Source of the DNA: Trueperaceae bacterium
Lineage (GTDB): Bacteria; Deinococcota; Deinococci; Deinococcales; Trueperaceae
Length of the DNA: 64,000 nt
Reading direction: 5' to 3'
Assembly: GCA_965213705.1 (NCBI GenBank)
Contig: OZ243913.1
Coordinates: forward strand, 3,744,001-3,808,000
In this document: positions 41,467 through 52,839 of the stretch, piece by piece
Layout of the letters: each line of letters begins with the position of its first letter
How positions within the stretch are numbered: the first letter of the stretch is position 1
Notes under the pieces: generated by a model
Database searches by the model: none
What the model saw: the letters and a program-made list of their open reading frames with translations, nothing else
What the model was told of the DNA's origin: nothing
Translations under genes and position numbers: made by a program

Positions 41467-42207
41467 TCAAACCGTCAGGACGAGCGGCCTGCCCTTTTGC
41501 ACGACGACGGTGTTTTCGTAATGCGCTGTCAAACTACCGTCCTCCGTACCGATGGTCCAACCATCGCGGCGTTTGGCGACGCGGCTTTTGCCCACGGCAA
41601 TCATCGGTTCGACGGCGATGACGAGGTTGTCGGTCAGCGGCTGCCGAAAGTCGGGATGGTAAAAGTTCAGGACTTCGGGTTCTTCGTGAATGGCCCGCCC
41701 GACACCGTGACCGGCCAGCTCGTGAATCACCTCAAAGCCGAACCGGTGCGCCTCGCGCTCTACCACGCGACCGACGCCGTTGAGGGGCTTGCCCGCCCGC
41801 ACCACGCGCATCGCCGCCCAAAAGGCCGACTCGGCGCAAGCTACGAGCCTCAACGCGACCTTAGAGGCCGGCGGCACGACCACCGTCCGCGCGGCGTCGG
41901 CGATGTAGCCGTTCAGGATGGGCGTCACGTCCAGCTTGACCACGTCGCCCGCTTGCAGTTTACGCTTGGTGGGCAGGCCGTGGACAACCACGTCGTTGAC
42001 CGAGATGAAAGCGTTCACGGGCGCGCCGTACAGCAGCCGGGGCGCGGAAAAAGCGCCGTGCTCTTGAAAGACGCGACCACAAACCGCGTCGAGTTCGGCC
42101 GGGGTGACGCCGGGCTCAACGGCGTCTTGCAGCGCGGCGAGCGCTTCTTTGACGACCTCGCTCACCCGCTGCAAGCCCTGCAAGTCTTGTTCGGAGCCGA
42201 CGGACAC
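41467..42207 (-). CDS. map: Methionine aminopeptidase type I
   Basis: [34 protein letters not shown]. Confidence 0.95.
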   Translation of the reverse strand: MSVGSEQDLQGLQRVSEVVKEALAALQDAVEPGVTPAELDAVCGRVFQEHGAFSAPRLLYGAPVNAFISVNDVVVHGLPTKRKLQAGDVVKLDVTPILNGYIADAARTVVVPPASKVALRLVACAESAFWAAMRVVRAGKPLNGVGRVVEREAHRFGFEVIHELAGHGVGRAIHEEPEVLNFYHPDFRQPLTDNLVIAVEPMIAVGKSRVAKRRDGWTIGTEDGSLTAHYENTVVVQKGRPLVLTV

Positions 42208-43712
42208 TAGCCCTCGAGCGCCAGCAAAAACGGGTCCTCAATGGCGGTGCAAACCCAGCGCAAAAACCGCGCCGCCTGCGCCCCGTCGATAAGGCGGTGG
42301 TCGTAAGTGAGCGCGAGCGGCATCATCATCCGGGGAACGAACGCGCTCGTTTCCTTGTTCCAGACAGGTTCCATCGTCCCACGCGAGACACCCAGAATCG
42401 CCACGTCCGGCGGGTTGACGATGGGCGTGAAGTTCGTGCCGCCGATGCCGCCCAGGTTCGAGATGTTGAAGTTGCCGCCCTGCATGTCGTCGGGGGCGAG
42501 TTTGCGGTCTCTGGCTTTCTCCGCCAACTCGCCGAGTTCCTGCGCGAGGTCGACCATGTTTTTGCGGTCGGCGTGTTTGATGACCGGCACCAACAGCCCG
42601 TTCGGCGTGTCCACCGCCACGCCGATGTTGACGTAGTGCTTATAGACAATCTCGTTGCTCGATGTGTCGATAGAGGCGTTGAAGTCCGGGAACTTGCGCA
42701 GCGCCCCGGCGAGCACTTTGATGAGCATGGCGGTCGGGGTGAGTTTGGCACCCACCGCCTCGGCCTTGGGGCCATACCTTTTGCGCAATACTTCAAACTC
42801 GGTGATGTCGGCGCGGTCGAACTGGGTGACCATCGGCACGCTTGACCAGGCTTGGGTCATCGCCCGCACCGTGGCTTTGCGGATGCCGGACATAGGCGCG
42901 CGTTCGGTCTCGCCCCACTTGCCGAAGTCGGGCAGGGGCGGCGCTTCTATTTTTTGGGCAGGCGCAGGGGTGGGGGCAGAGGCCGATGTGGCGGGCGCTT
43001 GCGGGCTCGGCGCGCCGTTTTCGGCGTACTGCCGCACGTCCTGGGCCGAGATGCGCCCCAATACGCCCGAGCCTGCTACCTCGCGCAAGTCGACGCCCAT
43101 CTCGCGCGCCAGGCGCCGCACCGACGGCGCGGCGGGGATGTGGGGCTCGTCGCTCGGCTCGTTCGGCGAGGGTTTGGGAACCGGGGTGTACTGCTCTTTG
43201 CGGTCGACATCGGCGGCAGCGGAGCCGGAGGCTTGTGAGCTGGCTGTTTCTGAAACGGACGGTTTTGAGTCAGGTGTTTTCGAGGCGGACGACTCGGCTT
43301 CAGGAGACTTTTCCGCGGCCGGGTCTTTTTGTTCCGCTTGGGCCGCTGCCTGCTCTTTCTGCGCTTCGTCTTCGGAAGCATCGGGCTCGAGCGCCGCTTC
43401 GTCTTCCGTCGCCTGTTCAGCGCCGCCCTCGTCGGGCGCGGCTTCGTCGGCAGCCTCATCGGTCGCTTCCGCCGCTTCGCCCTCCCCCACCGTCAGGATG
43501 GTTTGGCCGACCTTGGCTTCCTCGTTCGCCTTGACGTTGATGGACTGCACCACGCCGCTGACGCCGGACGGGACCTCGACGACCGCCTTGTCGGTCTCTA
43601 ATTCAATCACCGGCTGGTCTTTTTCGACCGTGTCGCCAACCGCCACGAGAATACCGACGACGATGCCCGAATCTATGCCTTCGCCCACCTCGGGCAACTT
43701 GAATTCTGCCAC
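42207..43712 (-). CDS. aceF: Pyruvate dehydrogenase E2, single lipoyl domain
   Basis: [29 protein letters not shown]. Confidence 0.9.
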   Translation of the reverse strand: MAEFKLPEVGEGIDSGIVVGILVAVGDTVEKDQPVIELETDKAVVEVPSGVSGVVQSINVKANEEAKVGQTILTVGEGEAAEATDEAADEAAPDEGGAEQATEDEAALEPDASEDEAQKEQAAAQAEQKDPAAEKSPEAESSASKTPDSKPSVSETASSQASGSAAADVDRKEQYTPVPKPSPNEPSDEPHIPAAPSVRRLAREMGVDLREVAGSGVLGRISAQDVRQYAENGAPSPQAPATSASAPTPAPAQKIEAPPLPDFGKWGETERAPMSGIRKATVRAMTQAWSSVPMVTQFDRADITEFEVLRKRYGPKAEAVGAKLTPTAMLIKVLAGALRKFPDFNASIDTSSNEIVYKHYVNIGVAVDTPNGLLVPVIKHADRKNMVDLAQELGELAEKARDRKLAPDDMQGGNFNISNLGGIGGTNFTPIVNPPDVAILGVSRGTMEPVWNKETSAFVPRMMMPLALTYDHRLIDGAQAARFLRWVCTAIEDPFLLALEG

Positions 43713-43744
43713 GGAACGCTCCTTCGAAAACGCTAAACGTCTAA

Positions 43745-46468
43745 CTAGACCTCGTACGGGCTGAGTTTATCAGGATTGACGCTCAAGTCTTTGATGGCTT
43801 TGGCAACCGTCGCGGCGTCGACTTCGCCCTCTTGCTGGAGCGCGTAAAGCGTCGCCACGGCGATGTGCGCGGCGTTGACCTCGAAAAAGGCCCGCAACTC
43901 CTCCCGCGCCTCGCTGCGCCCGTAGCCGTCGGTGCCGAGGCTGTAGATGGGTTTGGGCAGGTGCCGCGCGAGCGCGTCGGGCAAAATCTTCATGTAGTCC
44001 GAGGCGGCGACGAGCACGCCCTTGGCATCTTTGAGTTGGTCGAAAACGTAGGAGGTTTTCGGCGTTTCTTCCGGGTGGAGCCGGTTCCAGCGGTCAACCA
44101 TCAGCGCGTCGCGGTGGAGTTCTTTGTACGAGGTGACGCTCCACACGTCGGCGGCGACTTTGTAATCTTCCAAAATCTCCTGCGCTTTCAAAACCTCGTT
44201 CATAATCGAGCCGCTGCCGAACAGGTGGGCTTTCAATTTGCTGCGCTTTTTACCGGACGGTTTGAAGCGGTACAAGCCTTTTAAGATGCCGGTCTCGAGC
44301 GCCTCCCGCTCGAGGTGCTCGGGCACCTGCGGCTGCGCGTAGTTCTCGTTGCCGATGGTGAGGTAGTAAAAAAGGTCTTCTTGTTCCTCGTACATCCGCC
44401 TCATTCCCTCGCGGATGATGACGGCCATCTCAAAAGCGAACGAGGGGTCGTAAGCTTTTAGGTTGGGCAGCGGATACGCCAGCAGGTGCGAGTGGCCGTC
44501 CTGGTGCTGCAAACCCTCACCCGCTAAAGTCGTGCGGCCCGCCGTCGCGCCGAGCATAAAGCCCTTGGTGCGCATGTCGCCCGCCGCCCAGGCGAGGTCG
44601 CCTATCCGCTGAAAGCCGAACATCGAGTAGTAGATGAAAAACGGAATCGTGTTGACGCCGTGCGTCGCGTAAGCCGTGCCCGCCGCGATAAACGACGACA
44701 TCGAGCCCGCCTCGGTGATGCCCTCTTCTAAAATCTGACCGTCTTTGGACTCTTTGTAGTAGAGGAGGTTGTCGCTGTCCACCGGGTCGTAAAGCTGCCC
44801 GACGTGCGAGTAGATGCCGATTTGCCGGAACAGCGCCTCCATCCCGAAGGTGCGCGCCTCGTCGGGGATAATCGGGACGACGAGACGACCCCAGGTTTCG
44901 TCGCGGAGCAGTTTGCGCAAAATCGTTACAAAGACCATCGTGGTCGAGACCTCACGGTCACCGGTGCCGTCCATAAACTCTTGGAAAGCCTCGCGGCTCG
45001 GCGCTTCAATCGGCTCGGCCTTGACGACGCGCTTGGGGATGAAGCCGCCCAACTCTTCGCGCCGCGCGACGAGGTAGCGAAACTCGTCGCTGTCCTCGTC
45101 GGGTTTGTAGAAGGGGAACTTGCCGATTTCTTCGTCGCTGACCGGAACTTTGAAGCGGTCGCGGAAGGCTTTCAGTTCGTCCTCGTTCAGTTTTTTCTGC
45201 TGGTGGGTGATGTTTTTGCCCTCGCCGGTTTCGCCTAAGCCGTAACCTTTGACGGTGCGCGCCAGGATGACGGTCGGCGAGCCCTTGTGGTCGGTCGCCT
45301 TTTTATAGGCCGCGTAAACCTTGATAGGGTCGTGGCCGCCGCGGTTGAGTTTGGACAAGTCCTCGTCGCTCCAGCCTTCGATGAGCGCCTTTAGTTCGGG
45401 CGTGTCGAAAAAGTGCTCGCGCAGTTCCGCGCCGCCGAAGGCCGCGTAGCGCTGCGACTCGCCGTCGACGAGTTTGGCGAAGCGCTCGAGCAACACCCCG
45501 CGGTCGTCTTTTTCCAACAACTTGTCCCACACCGAGCCCCAGGTCACCTTGATGACGTTCCAACCCGCGCCGCGGAAGGACGCCTCCAACTCCTGAATAA
45601 TCTGCCCGTTGCCGTGAACGGGGCCGTCCAAGCGTTGCAGGTTGCAGTTGACGACCCAGATGAGGTTGTCGAGTTTTTCGCGCCCCGCGTGGCGAATCGC
45701 GCCCAGGGTTTCGGGCTCGTCGGTCTCGCCGTCGCCCAAAAAGGCCCAAACTTTCGCGTCGCCGTGCTCTTTCAGGCCGCGGTCTTCTAAGTAGCGGTTG
45801 AAGCGCGCCTGGTAAATCGACATAATCGGTCCCAAACCCATCGACACCGTCGGGAACTGCCAATAGTCGGGCATGAGCCAGGGGTGCGGGTAGGACGACA
45901 AGCCGGGCTCGTCTTGAAGTTCGCGGCGGAAGTTACGCATCTTTTCCACCGGAATGCGCCGCTCGATGTAGCTCCGCGCGTAAATGCCGGGCGAGGCGTG
46001 GCCCTGATAGTAGATGAGGTCGCGGTCGAGTCCGGCCTCGACCCCGCGGAAAAAGTGGTTGAAACCGACCTCGTACAGCGTCGCCGCCGAAGCGTAGGTT
46101 GAAATATGCCCGCCGATGCCGTCGGACATCTTGTTGGCCCGCACCACCATCGCCATTGCGTTCCAGCGGATGAGGTTGCGTATTCGCCGCTCTAGTTCCA
46201 AGTCACCCGGATACTCGGGCTCGTCCTCGGTCGGGATGGTGTTGATGTAGGGCGTCTGCGCGGTGAAGGGGATTTTCACGCCGTGTCTGTGCGCGTGCTC
46301 CTCCAGGCGCTCCAAAATCTCGTTCACGCGTTCAGCGCCGCCCGAGGCGAGGACGTAGTCGAGGGACTCGAGCCACTCCCTCATCTCCAGGGTGTTGAGG
46401 TTTTTCAGTTCGCCGGGCTCGAGCTGCGAGCGGTCGATGTTCAAAATCTCGTCCAGCACGTCTGCCAT
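43745..46468 (-). CDS. aceE: Pyruvate dehydrogenase E1, homodimeric type
   Basis: [55 protein letters not shown] before ATG 46468. Confidence 0.95.
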   Translation of the reverse strand: MADVLDEILNIDRSQLEPGELKNLNTLEMREWLESLDYVLASGGAERVNEILERLEEHAHRHGVKIPFTAQTPYINTIPTEDEPEYPGDLELERRIRNLIRWNAMAMVVRANKMSDGIGGHISTYASAATLYEVGFNHFFRGVEAGLDRDLIYYQGHASPGIYARSYIERRIPVEKMRNFRRELQDEPGLSSYPHPWLMPDYWQFPTVSMGLGPIMSIYQARFNRYLEDRGLKEHGDAKVWAFLGDGETDEPETLGAIRHAGREKLDNLIWVVNCNLQRLDGPVHGNGQIIQELEASFRGAGWNVIKVTWGSVWDKLLEKDDRGVLLERFAKLVDGESQRYAAFGGAELREHFFDTPELKALIEGWSDEDLSKLNRGGHDPIKVYAAYKKATDHKGSPTVILARTVKGYGLGETGEGKNITHQQKKLNEDELKAFRDRFKVPVSDEEIGKFPFYKPDEDSDEFRYLVARREELGGFIPKRVVKAEPIEAPSREAFQEFMDGTGDREVSTTMVFVTILRKLLRDETWGRLVVPIIPDEARTFGMEALFRQIGIYSHVGQLYDPVDSDNLLYYKESKDGQILEEGITEAGSMSSFIAAGTAYATHGVNTIPFFIYYSMFGFQRIGDLAWAAGDMRTKGFMLGATAGRTTLAGEGLQHQDGHSHLLAYPLPNLKAYDPSFAFEMAVIIREGMRRMYEEQEDLFYYLTIGNENYAQPQVPEHLEREALETGILKGLYRFKPSGKKRSKLKAHLFGSGSIMNEVLKAQEILEDYKVAADVWSVTSYKELHRDALMVDRWNRLHPEETPKTSYVFDQLKDAKGVLVAASDYMKILPDALARHLPKPIYSLGTDGYGRSEAREELRAFFEVNAAHIAVATLYALQQEGEVDAATVAKAIKDLSVNPDKLSPYEV

Positions 46469-46643
46469 TTTGCTTGCTCCTCTCAAAAAGGTGACGCCCG
46501 TGGGGGCGGAAAGTAGGTCGGGGCTTTTGCTTTTCTCAGTGTACCGCACGGCACTCACTCGCCAAGTCCGGCAAGTCTAAAGCCGGGCCGACACGCGCGC
46601 CGTAGCGTGAGGCTGATTCGGTGCCGGCAGCTATAATAAGACT

Positions 46644-46853
46644 ATGAAACCCGACCGGTCGGACTGGCCCGTGAACGTTTATAAACTGGGTGAAGAGCCG
46701 GGCGAGGACTTGTCGGCGACCACGACTCCGGCTCAGCGCCTCGCTATGATGTGGCCGCTCGCGCTCGAAGCCTGGGCGCTGATGGGGAAAGAGTTGCCGG
46801 ACTACGACCGGGCCAACATGCCGGTGGTCGTTTTTTACCGGGACCTTACTTGA
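46644..46853 (+). CDS. Small protein coupled to nucleotidyltransferase (possible TA partner)
   Basis: TATAAT 6 nt before ATG; TTGA overlap with next gene. Confidence 0.7.
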   Translation: MKPDRSDWPVNVYKLGEEPGEDLSATTTPAQRLAMMWPLALEAWALMGKELPDYDRANMPVVVFYRDLT

Positions 46854-47314
46854 ACGAGGATTTTCTGGACATTTTGGAGGCTCTACTCGCTGCGGGCGCG
46901 ACGTTTCTCGTCGTCGGAGCGCACGCTATGACCGTTTATGGCGTACCCCGCACGACCGGCGACCTCGATATTTGGGTCGAGCCGAACCAGGAGAATGCGG
47001 CGCGGGTTTGGCAAGCGCTGCTCGAGTTCGGCGCGCCGGTGGCAGCCTTGGGCTTGAGCGAAACGGACTTTGCCAAGCCCGACATCGTCGTTCAGCTCGG
47101 GTTGCCGCCCAGGCGTATCGACATCATGACAAAGATAAGCGGTTTGGACTTCGGGCGAGCCTGGCGAACGAAAATAACTCATCCGGCCGAACACCTGACG
47201 GTTCCGTTCATAGGCCGTGACGCCTTTCTCATCAACAAAAAAGCGGCCGGCAGACTCAAAGACTTAGCCGATGTAGAGATGCTGCAAAATTCGAACCGAA
47301 CCGACAAACCTTAA
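46850..47314 (+). CDS. Nucleotidyltransferase-fold protein
   Basis: VVGAHAM..YGVPRTTGDLDIW..NKKAAGRLKDLADVE; TTG start. Confidence 0.8.
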   Translation: MNEDFLDILEALLAAGATFLVVGAHAMTVYGVPRTTGDLDIWVEPNQENAARVWQALLEFGAPVAALGLSETDFAKPDIVVQLGLPPRRIDIMTKISGLDFGRAWRTKITHPAEHLTVPFIGRDAFLINKKAAGRLKDLADVEMLQNSNRTDKP

Positions 47315-47323
47315 CACCGACGC

Positions 47324-47545
47324 TTATTCTCCCTTGAGCAACCAAGCCACACCATTCAAAACAAAACTGAGAACGATGCTCACCAGCAGCATCGAGGTAA
47401 AAGGGATGAAAACCCGGCTCGAGCCCCGCTCGAACCGCAAGTCGCCGGGCAGGTGGCCGAACCAGCTCAAGGCTTTCGGGAAAACGAGCCAGAGTGCGCC
47501 TATCCCGACGATTATCAAGCCGAATAGGATGAGTGCCTTTGCCGT
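47324..47545 (-). CDS. DUF2905-like small membrane protein; expected start codon reads ACG
   Basis: WFGHLPGDLRFE..VFIPFTSMLLVS; ACG-GCA-AAG with TATTCT 6 nt upstream and an in-frame stop two codons before. Confidence 0.7.
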   Translation of the reverse strand, partial: TAKALILFGLIIVGIGALWLVFPKALSWFGHLPGDLRFERGSSRVFIPFTSMLLVSIVLSFVLNGVAWLLKGE

Positions 47546-47620
47546 ACTTTAAGAATAGCGTGGGGACTCGAGCCGTAAAGGCTCTTCCAGTCAACCTGGT
47601 CCGAAGACCCACGTATTTTC

Positions 47621-47752
47621 GTAAGCGGTTACAAAACGTTCAAACCCCGCCCCTGCGCAAATTTCAGCCCTTAGCAGTTTTGGTGAAGCTGGGTAGTTGA
47701 CATGGCGTCTGCGCGAGAGTAAGCTGGTTTGACTAAAAATGTAAGCGGTTAC
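47621..47752 (+). promoter_or_regulatory. Promoter flanked by two LacI-type operators
   Basis: GTAAGCGGTTAC at 47621 and 47741; TTGACA(47697)-17-TAAGCT(47720). Confidence 0.8.
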
Positions 47753-47781
47753 GACCGAAAGTTGCCCAAGGGGGGTGAAGG

Positions 47782-48771
47782 GTGGTCGTCGCGGTGCCCG
47801 CAGACTTAAACACATTGACCATCAAAGACGTGGCTCGAGAGGCCGGCGTCTCCACCGGCACCGTGAGCCGCGTGCTCAACAAACGTGCCGGCGTTCGGTC
47901 TGAAACGCGCGAGGCCGTCCTGGCGACGGTGGAACGTCTCGACTACCGCCCGGATGTGGCCGCTCGAGAGCTTTCCTCACGGCAAACCACCCGCGTCGGG
48001 CTCAGCATCTCCAAAGCGAGCCGCCGACTCACCCCGTTTTTTATGCTTTTCTTGGAACACATCGTTACCGAGTTGCAGACCGGCGGCTACCGCGTCGAGG
48101 AAGTGCCGACCCGCTTCGACGGTTTGCCCGAACGCTTGGGCGACGCCGTGGTGCTGTTCGGCGCGCACGACGACGACCCGCGCGTGCCTCACCTGCAAGA
48201 CAAAAACATACCCTTCGTCCTCGTCGGCCATCAGGAAAACGTGCGCTACATCATGCCGGACGACTTTGATGGCGGTTTGCAGGCGACGAACCACCTGTTG
48301 CGCTTGGGCCACCGCGAGATTGTCCACCTGGGCGGCCCCCGCCACGCTCAAGTCGCCTTCGACCGCTACTCGGGTTACGGCGCGGCTTTGCGAGCTGCGG
48401 GGCGGGAAGTGGACGAGTCTTACGTGCTCGAGGGCGACTTTTCCAGCCTCGAGGCTTACCGCGCCCTGCGCAAAGCCTACGCGAACGGCCTGCGCTTCAG
48501 CGCCGTGTTCGCCGCTTCGGACGAGATGGCCCTGGGCGTGCTGGCGGCCCTGGAGGACTTGGGCTCAAACGTCCCCGGCGACGTGTCGGTCGTCGGTTTC
48601 GACGACCTACCTGAAGTCGGCGAGGGGCTGACCACGGTGCGGCAAGACATAGGGGACATCGCGGCGAGGGCCGTCAAACTCCTCAAGGAGGGTTTGCGCG
48701 GCGAACCCGTGCGCTCCGAAACGGTCCCGGTCAAGCTCATCGTGCGCGGCACGACCGCGCGGAAGCGTTAA
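47782..48771 (+). CDS. LacI family regulator
   Basis: TIKDVAREAGVSTGTVSRVLN; DVSVVGFDD. Confidence 0.95.
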   Translation: MVVAVPADLNTLTIKDVAREAGVSTGTVSRVLNKRAGVRSETREAVLATVERLDYRPDVAARELSSRQTTRVGLSISKASRRLTPFFMLFLEHIVTELQTGGYRVEEVPTRFDGLPERLGDAVVLFGAHDDDPRVPHLQDKNIPFVLVGHQENVRYIMPDDFDGGLQATNHLLRLGHREIVHLGGPRHAQVAFDRYSGYGAALRAAGREVDESYVLEGDFSSLEAYRALRKAYANGLRFSAVFAASDEMALGVLAALEDLGSNVPGDVSVVGFDDLPEVGEGLTTVRQDIGDIAARAVKLLKEGLRGEPVRSETVPVKLIVRGTTARKR

Positions 48772-48852
48772 AGGAGGTGATGTCCGTTTGAAAAACCCGT
48801 CCGTTTGCTGACCTTCGACCTTTCATCACGTTAAGTCTCTGGGAGGAAATAC

Positions 48853-50085
48853 ATGAAGAAAATCCTGTTGCTACTCGTCTCACTCGCCCTCTTCGGCGCT
48901 GCCCTGGCGCAGACCACCGTGCGCATTATGGGCTACGGCGGCCAAGACCCGGCCATCGTCCAGCGGCTCCTGAGCGACGTTATCGGCGACGAACTTGAAG
49001 CCGAAAACATCACCATCCAGTACGAGCCTTTGGAAGGCGACTACAACGCCGCTCTCACCAACGCGCTCTCAGCCGGCACCGCCGCCGACCTGTTTTACCT
49101 GCCCGGCGAGACCGCGCCCGGTTTTATCGCCACGGGTAAGGTGTTGCCGCTGAACGACCTGGTGGACTCTTCAGTCTACTTAGACAACCTCAATCAAACC
49201 TTCACCCAAGACGGCAACCTTTACGGCATCGCCAAAGACTTCAACACGCTGGCCGTTTTTTACAACAAAGACCTGTTTGACGAGGCCGGGGTCGAGTACC
49301 CGAACGCCGACGACGATTGGAACACTTTCGCCGACAAACTTCGGGCCGTCAACGACTTGGGCGACGACGTGTACGGCGCTTGCTTGCCCGCCGACTTCGC
49401 GCGTTTGGGCGCGTTCGCCTTCGCCAACGGCTGGCAGCCGTTCGGTGAAGACGGCACTGCGAACTTACAAGACCCGGCGTTCGTCGAAGCTTTCGACTGG
49501 TACACCGGCCTGGTACAAGAGGGTGTCGCGGTGCAACCCAGCGACATCGGCGCGGGCTGGCCCGGCGACTGTTTAGCCAAAGAACAGTCGGCCGTCGCCA
49601 TCGAAGGGGCCTGGATGCTCGGCTTTTTACGCGACCAAGCGCCCAACTTGCAGTACGGCACCACACTGTTGCCCAAGTCGCCGACCACGGATGAGCGCGG
49701 CAACTACATCTACACCGTCGCCTGGGCCGTCAACGCCGACTCGCCCAACCAAGAAGCCGCCGTCAAAGTGTTGGAGGCTTTGACGAGCGAAGAAACGCAG
49801 CAGTTCATCTTAGAGCAAGGCCTCGCCATCCCGAGCCGTTCGGCCCTGAGCGAGAACAGCTACTTCGAGCAGGACACGCCCGAGGCCCAAGCCAACCAGA
49901 CCGTCTTCGCAGGCGCGTCCGACGGCAACGTACTGGGCTACCAGTTCGGCGCGGTCGGCACCGACTACGGCGCGCCCATCGCCAACGCCATGACGGCCGT
50001 CATGACCGGCCAGAGCGACAGCGCTACCGCGCTGCAAGAAGCCCAAACCGAACTCGACGCCACCATTCAAAGGACGCAGCAGTAA
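48853..50085 (+). CDS. Carbohydrate ABC substrate-binding protein
   Basis: Signal peptide; LYGIAKDFNTLAVFYNKDLFDEAG. Confidence 0.9.
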   Translation: MKKILLLLVSLALFGAALAQTTVRIMGYGGQDPAIVQRLLSDVIGDELEAENITIQYEPLEGDYNAALTNALSAGTAADLFYLPGETAPGFIATGKVLPLNDLVDSSVYLDNLNQTFTQDGNLYGIAKDFNTLAVFYNKDLFDEAGVEYPNADDDWNTFADKLRAVNDLGDDVYGACLPADFARLGAFAFANGWQPFGEDGTANLQDPAFVEAFDWYTGLVQEGVAVQPSDIGAGWPGDCLAKEQSAVAIEGAWMLGFLRDQAPNLQYGTTLLPKSPTTDERGNYIYTVAWAVNADSPNQEAAVKVLEALTSEETQQFILEQGLAIPSRSALSENSYFEQDTPEAQANQTVFAGASDGNVLGYQFGAVGTDYGAPIANAMTAVMTGQSDSATALQEAQTELDATIQRTQQ

Positions 50086-50094
50086 GGCACGTTC

Positions 50095-50119
50095 GGGGGT
50101 AGCCACCAAGGCTACCCCC
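50095..50119 (+). other. Intercistronic stem-loop after binding-protein gene
   Basis: GGGGGTAGCC-ACCAA-GGCTACCCCC; short T tail; probable mRNA stabiliser or partial terminator. Confidence 0.7.
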
Positions 50120-50139
50120 ATTTGAAAGCAGGTGACGGG

Positions 50140-51249
50140 ATGAAAGCCAGGCAACAAGAAATCACCGCGGCCTATCTTTTCCTCGCCCCTTTTTTAATCA
50201 CCCTGGGGATTTTTTTCCTGTACGCCACGGTGCGGGCGATTTATTTCAGCTTTACCGACTACGACTTGTTCAACGCGCCCACCTGGGTGGGTTTGCGCAA
50301 CTACGCAAACCTGTTCCGCGAGGAGAACTTTCTCGTCGCGCTCAGGAACACGCTTGTCTTCGCGGCCGTCGTCACAACTTTGCAGACCTTCGGGGCGCTC
50401 GTCATGGCGGCGGCCTTGAACGTCAAGATTCGCGGCCTCAACTTTTTTCGGGCGGCTTACTACATGCCGAGCGTGACGAGCAGCGTGGTCATCACGCTCA
50501 TTTTCTTGTGGATGTACCAGCGGCAGGGCTTGTTCAACTTCTTAGCGACGCAGTTCAAAATCTATTCGCCTTTTTTGCTTGTCTTTGTCGGCATCTTGGT
50601 CGTCGCGCAGGTTGCGCAGGTGTTGTTCGAACGCGCTCGAGACCTGCCCGCCAAGTGGCTCGACCCGGCCTTGTTCGTGGTCGCCTTTCTCGTCGCGCTG
50701 GCCGGAACCTGGCTGCTCGCTTTCACGGGCGTGGTCAGCGCGCGCGACGTTCCCCCGGTCGACTTCGTGTGGCTGCAGACACGTCAAGAAGTGCCAGGCA
50801 GCTTCCCGTTTTCCTTGCGCGCCCCGGTGCCTCTCATCGCCATCATGATTCAAAATATTTTTACGACGATTCCCACCTTTATGCTGATGTTTTTGGCCGC
50901 ACTCCAAGACGTACCCGCGTCGCAGTACGAGGCCTCGTCTTTAGACGGCGCGACGCCGGTGCAGCAGTTTTTTTACATCACCATTCCCGCGGTGCAGCCG
51001 GTGACGTTTCTGGTCGTCACCCTGGGCCTCATCGGCACCTTGCAGATGTTCGACCAGGTGGCGATTTTTGGCGACGCGGTGCCGCTTAGAAGCGTCATCA
51101 CCCTGGCCTACTTCGTCTACGACCGCATGTTCCCCGGCGCGCAACTGCCCGAGGTCGGTTTCGCCTCGGCGGCGGCGATGTTCTTGGCCGCGCTGACGCT
51201 TGTCATCGTGCTGTTTCAACGCCTGTTCATTCGCTCGGGAGGTCGTTAA
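50140..51249 (+). CDS. Carbohydrate ABC permease (MalF-like)
   Basis: WVGLRNY; YEASSLDGA EAA-type loop. Confidence 0.9.
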   Translation: MKARQQEITAAYLFLAPFLITLGIFFLYATVRAIYFSFTDYDLFNAPTWVGLRNYANLFREENFLVALRNTLVFAAVVTTLQTFGALVMAAALNVKIRGLNFFRAAYYMPSVTSSVVITLIFLWMYQRQGLFNFLATQFKIYSPFLLVFVGILVVAQVAQVLFERARDLPAKWLDPALFVVAFLVALAGTWLLAFTGVVSARDVPPVDFVWLQTRQEVPGSFPFSLRAPVPLIAIMIQNIFTTIPTFMLMFLAALQDVPASQYEASSLDGATPVQQFFYITIPAVQPVTFLVVTLGLIGTLQMFDQVAIFGDAVPLRSVITLAYFVYDRMFPGAQLPEVGFASAAAMFLAALTLVIVLFQRLFIRSGGR

Positions 51250-52668
51250 ATGGCGCAGGCAACGTTGAGTACGGGGCGGCCCAAGGGCTTGAGCCAGCAG
51301 GAGTTCGAGCGTTGGAGCGCCCGTCGCCGCTGGGCAAGGGCGGGCATCATGTACACGGTGATGCTGTTTTTCGCGATTCTGTTTTTGGGGCCGCTGCTCT
51401 TTGCGACGGTCTCGAGCCTGAAAACCGACCCCCTGGAGTACCCCCCGACCCTCGCCATCCCGCAGTTTTCCCCGCGCAACTGGTCGGCGGCGGCGCAGCT
51501 CGGACAAGCGGGCGCGGGCGACCGTTTCTGGGGCGGTTTCGCGCCGGGTGCGTCGGTGCCCTTCAGCCTCACCTACTTCGTCGCCGACGGGCAAACCCCC
51601 GAAGCGCCCGAGGTCGTGGTGCCCAAACGGCGACCCGGCGGCGGTTTGGGCGCGGTCGTCAACATCGACTACGCCGCCGACTACGCCGAAGTGAGCCCGG
51701 TCGAACTGCTCGAGAGTGAGGCGGGCGAGTACCGCGGCGAAACGGGACAGTTCGTCACCTACGGTTTTACAGTCACCTATCCGGGCGACGGCCCCGACAT
51801 CGACCGCCTGCCCCTCGACATCACCGCGGCCCCGCGGCAGACGTTTGTGCGTTCGGAGTTGACGCAGACGCGGCTCGAGCGCCGCGGCCGGGTCGCCTCG
51901 TTCAACAACGTCACGCCGGGCGCGCTCGGCTTCGTCTTCAACAACTACCGCCGCGTGTTCGACGAGGCCAGGTCGATTACCACCAGACAAAGTTTGTTTC
52001 TAAACTGGATTGCCAACTCGTTCATCATCGCCATCGCCAAGGTTTTAACCACGCTGCTGTTCGCCTCGATGGCGGGCTACGCGCTGGCTAGATTGCAGTT
52101 CCCCGGCCGCGGGCTCATCTTCGTCCTCATCCTGTTCGCCCAGATGATTCCGGGGCAGGTCATCTTCATCTCGAACTACCTCGTGCTGCGGGACGGGATT
52201 TTCGGGTTGTCAAACCTGTGGGGTCAAGAGACGCTGCTCAACTCTCTTACCGGCGTCATCTTGTCCGGCTTGGTCGGTGCGGGCGCGGTCTTTATCATGA
52301 AGCAGTTTTTCGAGTCCATCCCGCGTGAAATTGAAGAGGCGGCGATGATTGACGGCACGAGCCAGTGGCGGCGCTACTGGAGCGTCGTGCTGCCGATGGC
52401 GCGGCCCGCGCTGGGCGCGCTCACCATCCTGACCTTTCAGGGAGCTTGGAACGAGTTTTTCTGGCCCTTCATCGTCCTCACCACGCCGGAGGACATCAAA
52501 ACGCTGCCCATCGGTCTGCTGACCTTTCGCAACATCTACGGCAACGCAGGCGACTGGGGGCTGATTTTGGCGGGCGCGGTGATGAGCGCGCTGCCGATTA
52601 TCATCCTGTTTGTGGTGTTTCAGCGCTACTTTTTGGAAGGCGTGTCTTACGGGGGGTCGAAGGAGTAA
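51250..52668 (+). CDS. Carbohydrate ABC permease (MalG-like) with large extracytoplasmic insertion
   Basis: IEEAAMIDG, AWNEFFWP, TLPIGL; soluble insert after TM1. Confidence 0.9.
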   Translation: MAQATLSTGRPKGLSQQEFERWSARRRWARAGIMYTVMLFFAILFLGPLLFATVSSLKTDPLEYPPTLAIPQFSPRNWSAAAQLGQAGAGDRFWGGFAPGASVPFSLTYFVADGQTPEAPEVVVPKRRPGGGLGAVVNIDYAADYAEVSPVELLESEAGEYRGETGQFVTYGFTVTYPGDGPDIDRLPLDITAAPRQTFVRSELTQTRLERRGRVASFNNVTPGALGFVFNNYRRVFDEARSITTRQSLFLNWIANSFIIAIAKVLTTLLFASMAGYALARLQFPGRGLIFVLILFAQMIPGQVIFISNYLVLRDGIFGLSNLWGQETLLNSLTGVILSGLVGAGAVFIMKQFFESIPREIEEAAMIDGTSQWRRYWSVVLPMARPALGALTILTFQGAWNEFFWPFIVLTTPEDIKTLPIGLLTFRNIYGNAGDWGLILAGAVMSALPIIILFVVFQRYFLEGVSYGGSKE

Positions 52669-52827
52669 AGTACCGAGTACCGAGTGAAAAGGACCGAGTT
52701 GGGTAGTTCAGTCGCACATTCGGTGTTTGGTGCTCGAGACCGTCAAAGAACCGAAGACGAGACGTAAATACCGAATCAGACGATACCGTGCCGCACTCGG
52801 TACTAGGTACTCATCACTCGGTACTTT
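52667..52827. repeat. Intergenic element with inverted AGTACCG-repeat ends
   Basis: AAAGTACCGAGTACCGAGTGA at left; CACTCGGTACTAGGTACT and TCACTCGGTACTTT at right. Confidence 0.75.
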
Positions 52828-52839
52828 TTTGGGAGCTTT

